A stretch of 64,000 nucleotides of DNA from Anaerolineales bacterium (GTDB lineage Bacteria; Chloroflexota; Anaerolineae; Anaerolineales; JABWBV01): the NCBI GenBank assembly GCA_035512695.1, contig DATKDL010000027.1, positions 21,357-85,356 of the forward strand, written 5' to 3'. Numbering within the stretch: position 1 is the stretch's first letter; each line of letters opens with the position of its first letter. Below the pieces are notes generated by a model. It searched no databases. It had not been told where the DNA came from and saw only the letters and a list, made by a program, of their open reading frames with translations. Of the stretch, positions 62,089-64,000 are shown piece by piece. A program made the position numbers and the translations under genes.

Positions 62089-62123
62089 GCATCTATTCTA
62101 CCAAAGCAGTTACAATCCGCCGC

Positions 62124-63854
62124 ATGCAACTCCCCCGCCGGCCAACGACCACTCTCCGCCTGATATTCCTGTTCCTGATCGCCGCCGCCTGCCGCGCCTC
62201 GGTCCCCGGTCTGCCGGCCTCTCCGGCCCCGACCGCCACCGCCTCGGCGCCCCCGGCCTCGCACACCCCGCCGCCAACGGAAACCCTCACCCCTACTCCG
62301 GCTCCGACTGCGACCCTGGACCTGCCGACCCTGGCGCCGACCCTCCCGGTCGGTTCTGACGCCTTCGAGGTCCGGGTCCACCCGGACGGCGGGTTGTTCG
62401 CCGGCGACCTGGTCAGCTTCGAGGTCATCGGTCCGCAGGATCTCGATCTGGACGGACAGGAGGTCTCGTTGTCCATCGACGGCGGTCCGGTGATCGCCAC
62501 GGCCGGGTTCAGCGGGTTCGGGATCGCCGGCCGCCGGCAGGCGACCTTCCGGTGGGTCTGGGACACGGCCGGGCTCGAACCCGGTGATTACGAGGTCGGG
62601 ATCGAGATCCTGCCGGCCGGCACGTCGTTCACCTATCCGGCCACGCTGCTGCCGGAGATCCTGCGCGCCTTTCCCGAGCCGGACGCCGCCTGGGCGATGT
62701 CCGAGAGCGACTGCTGCCTGTTCTATTACGTGACCGGGACGGCGGCGGAGCGCGATCTCCAGGTTCTGATGGACGCAGCCGATATCGAGGCCGAACGGGC
62801 CATCGAACAGCTTGGCGCCGACTTCACGGAGGCGATCGAGGTCGTGTTTCTGCCGCGCGTCCTCGGGCACGGCGGTTTCGCCGGAGGGGAGATCTACATC
62901 TCCTATCTCGATCGCAACTACGCCGGAAACGCCCCCGCACAGGTGCTTCACCACGAGATGGTGCATATCCTGGACGGGCGGAAGGGCGGCGAGTTCCGGC
63001 CCTCCCTGTTCGTCGAGGGGCTGGCAGTGCTGCTGAGCGGTGGGCATTTTAAACAGGAACCGATCGTCCCACGGGCGGCCGCGCTGCTGGACCTGGACGC
63101 CTATCTGCCGCTGACCGGGTTGGCCGACGATTTTTATTTCGCCCAGCACGAAATCAGCTATCTGCAGGGCGCTGCGCTGATCCAGTTCATGGTCGATACC
63201 TGGGGCTGGGAGGCTTTCGAGACGTTCTACCGGGACATCCACCCGCATTCGAGCAACCTGCACTCCGCCGCCATCAACCAGGCCCTCGCCCTGCACTTCG
63301 ATGTTTCTCTCGCCGAACTGGAGACCGGTTTCATCGCCTACCTGGGCGGTGAGCCCTACGAACCGGAGCATGCCGCCGACGTCGACCTGACCGTCCGGTT
63401 CTTTGACACCGTCCGGCGCTACCAGCAGATCCTGGACCCCTCCGCCTATTTCCTGACCGCCTGGCTGATCGGGATCGACGCCCTGATCGACCGCGGCATC
63501 ACGGCCGATACCGTCCGGCACCCGTCCGCCGCGGAGAACGTTGCGCTGGAGACTCTGCTGGTCGCAGCCGATCTGGATCTGCGGGCAGCGGATTATGCGG
63601 CGGCGGACCGGCGGCTGGATGCGGTCAACGCGGTACTGGATGCGATCGAAAGCGGGAATACGGCCGCCTTCGCCGCCGACCCGCTGGCGGCGGACCATTA
63701 CGCCCTCGCCGTGGCGGCCATGGCCGCGGGCTACTACCCGCAGCAGATCCGCCCGGCCGGCGAAACCGCCGTCGTCATCGCCACGGCCGGCTCGACCGAA
63801 CTGGTCACGCTGGAATTCACCAGAGAAGAAGCCGGCTGGCTTGCCGGCCAATAG
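62124..63854 (+). CDS. Lipoprotein with a P/T-rich linker and an HExxH (gluzincin-like) domain
   Basis: TACAAT at 62111-16 lies 7 nt before the ATG. Lipobox LIAAAC. APAQVLHHEMVHILDG is a putative zinc site. Confidence 0.55.
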   Translation: MQLPRRPTTTLRLIFLFLIAAACRASVPGLPASPAPTATASAPPASHTPPPTETLTPTPAPTATLDLPTLAPTLPVGSDAFEVRVHPDGGLFAGDLVSFEVIGPQDLDLDGQEVSLSIDGGPVIATAGFSGFGIAGRRQATFRWVWDTAGLEPGDYEVGIEILPAGTSFTYPATLLPEILRAFPEPDAAWAMSESDCCLFYYVTGTAAERDLQVLMDAADIEAERAIEQLGADFTEAIEVVFLPRVLGHGGFAGGEIYISYLDRNYAGNAPAQVLHHEMVHILDGRKGGEFRPSLFVEGLAVLLSGGHFKQEPIVPRAAALLDLDAYLPLTGLADDFYFAQHEISYLQGAALIQFMVDTWGWEAFETFYRDIHPHSSNLHSAAINQALALHFDVSLAELETGFIAYLGGEPYEPEHAADVDLTVRFFDTVRRYQQILDPSAYFLTAWLIGIDALIDRGITADTVRHPSAAENVALETLLVAADLDLRAADYAAADRRLDAVNAVLDAIESGNTAAFAADPLAADHYALAVAAMAAGYYPQQIRPAGETAVVIATAGSTELVTLEFTREEAGWLAGQ

Positions 63855-63863
63855 AATTTCATC

Positions 63864-63911
63864 AAAAAGACCGGGCCGGGCGACTGGCAGGTCGCCCGGC
63901 CCGGTCTTTTT
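63864..63911. terminator. Perfect 21-bp palindrome between convergent genes
   Basis: AAAAAGACCGGGCCGGGCGAC-tggcag-GTCGCCCGGCCCGGTCTTTTT. Confidence 0.75.
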
Positions 63912-63914
63912 GGT

Positions 63915-64000
63915 TTAAACAATCGCCAGCGCCACCCCGATCATCGCCGTCAGGATGCTGACGAACATAAATCGGTAGACGATCTGCTGCTCGCTCCACC
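63915..64000 (-). CDS. 3' end of a membrane-protein gene (rest outside window)
   Basis: The minus-strand frame reads ...WSEQQIVYRFMFVSILTAMIGVALAIV*, ending at TAA (63915-17). Confidence 0.4.
   Translation of the reverse strand, partial: WSEQQIVYRFMFVSILTAMIGVALAIV

Noticed and set aside
61923-63851. 642-aa minus-strand ORF opposite the HExxH lipoprotein gene
   Set aside because: This is an antisense shadow with R/G-rich composition, and it overlaps the start of the aminotransferase gene.

Overview
This is a high-GC bacterial chromosomal window (roughly two-thirds G+C by eye). It holds about 60 protein genes on both strands and two tRNAs (Ser-CGA, Pro-TGG). A Phe-specific T-box leader precedes pheST. 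A SAM-I (S-box) riboswitch precedes a homocysteine-methyltransferase / YitJ-like gene pair. Housekeeping genes (dnaK, pheST, ftsK, sbcC, rnz, rnd, an acs-like ligase, proline dehydrogenase, peptidases) are mixed with envelope and regulatory genes. The envelope set includes a GT2 + GT-C glycosyltransferase pair next to a secreted four-repeat protein. It also includes a lower-GC cassette (flippase-like protein, SGNH hydrolase, methyltransferase) led by a membrane-anchored LuxR-Kelch regulator. Other regulatory genes are an ECF sigma/anti-sigma module, a DtxR-family repressor with its own operator, and a PAS-GAF-GGDEF sensor. T-box plus S-box leaders, many lipoproteins and FxLYD-like repeats in a GC-rich background suggest a Chloroflexota-like organism; this is inference only. 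I found no CRISPR array, cas gene, transposase, integrase, prophage or recognisable defence system. The least ordinary observations are four. (1) There is a dense population of very long perfect palindromes (19-29 bp stems), plus a sub-family whose arms are tandem 7-8 nt units (GGCGAATG and others). Several sit between divergent promoters or inside RNA leaders rather than at gene ends. (2) A -10 box lies 6-7 nt from the start codon at many genes, which fits leaderless mRNAs. (3) The GT2/GT-C/secreted-repeat locus is a candidate protein-glycosylation module. (4) The S-box P3 helix is expanded into a 29-bp hairpin. None of these is proven to be a new system, and each is given with an explicit test. 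The long antisense ORFs in the six-frame track are GC-driven shadows and are rejected.
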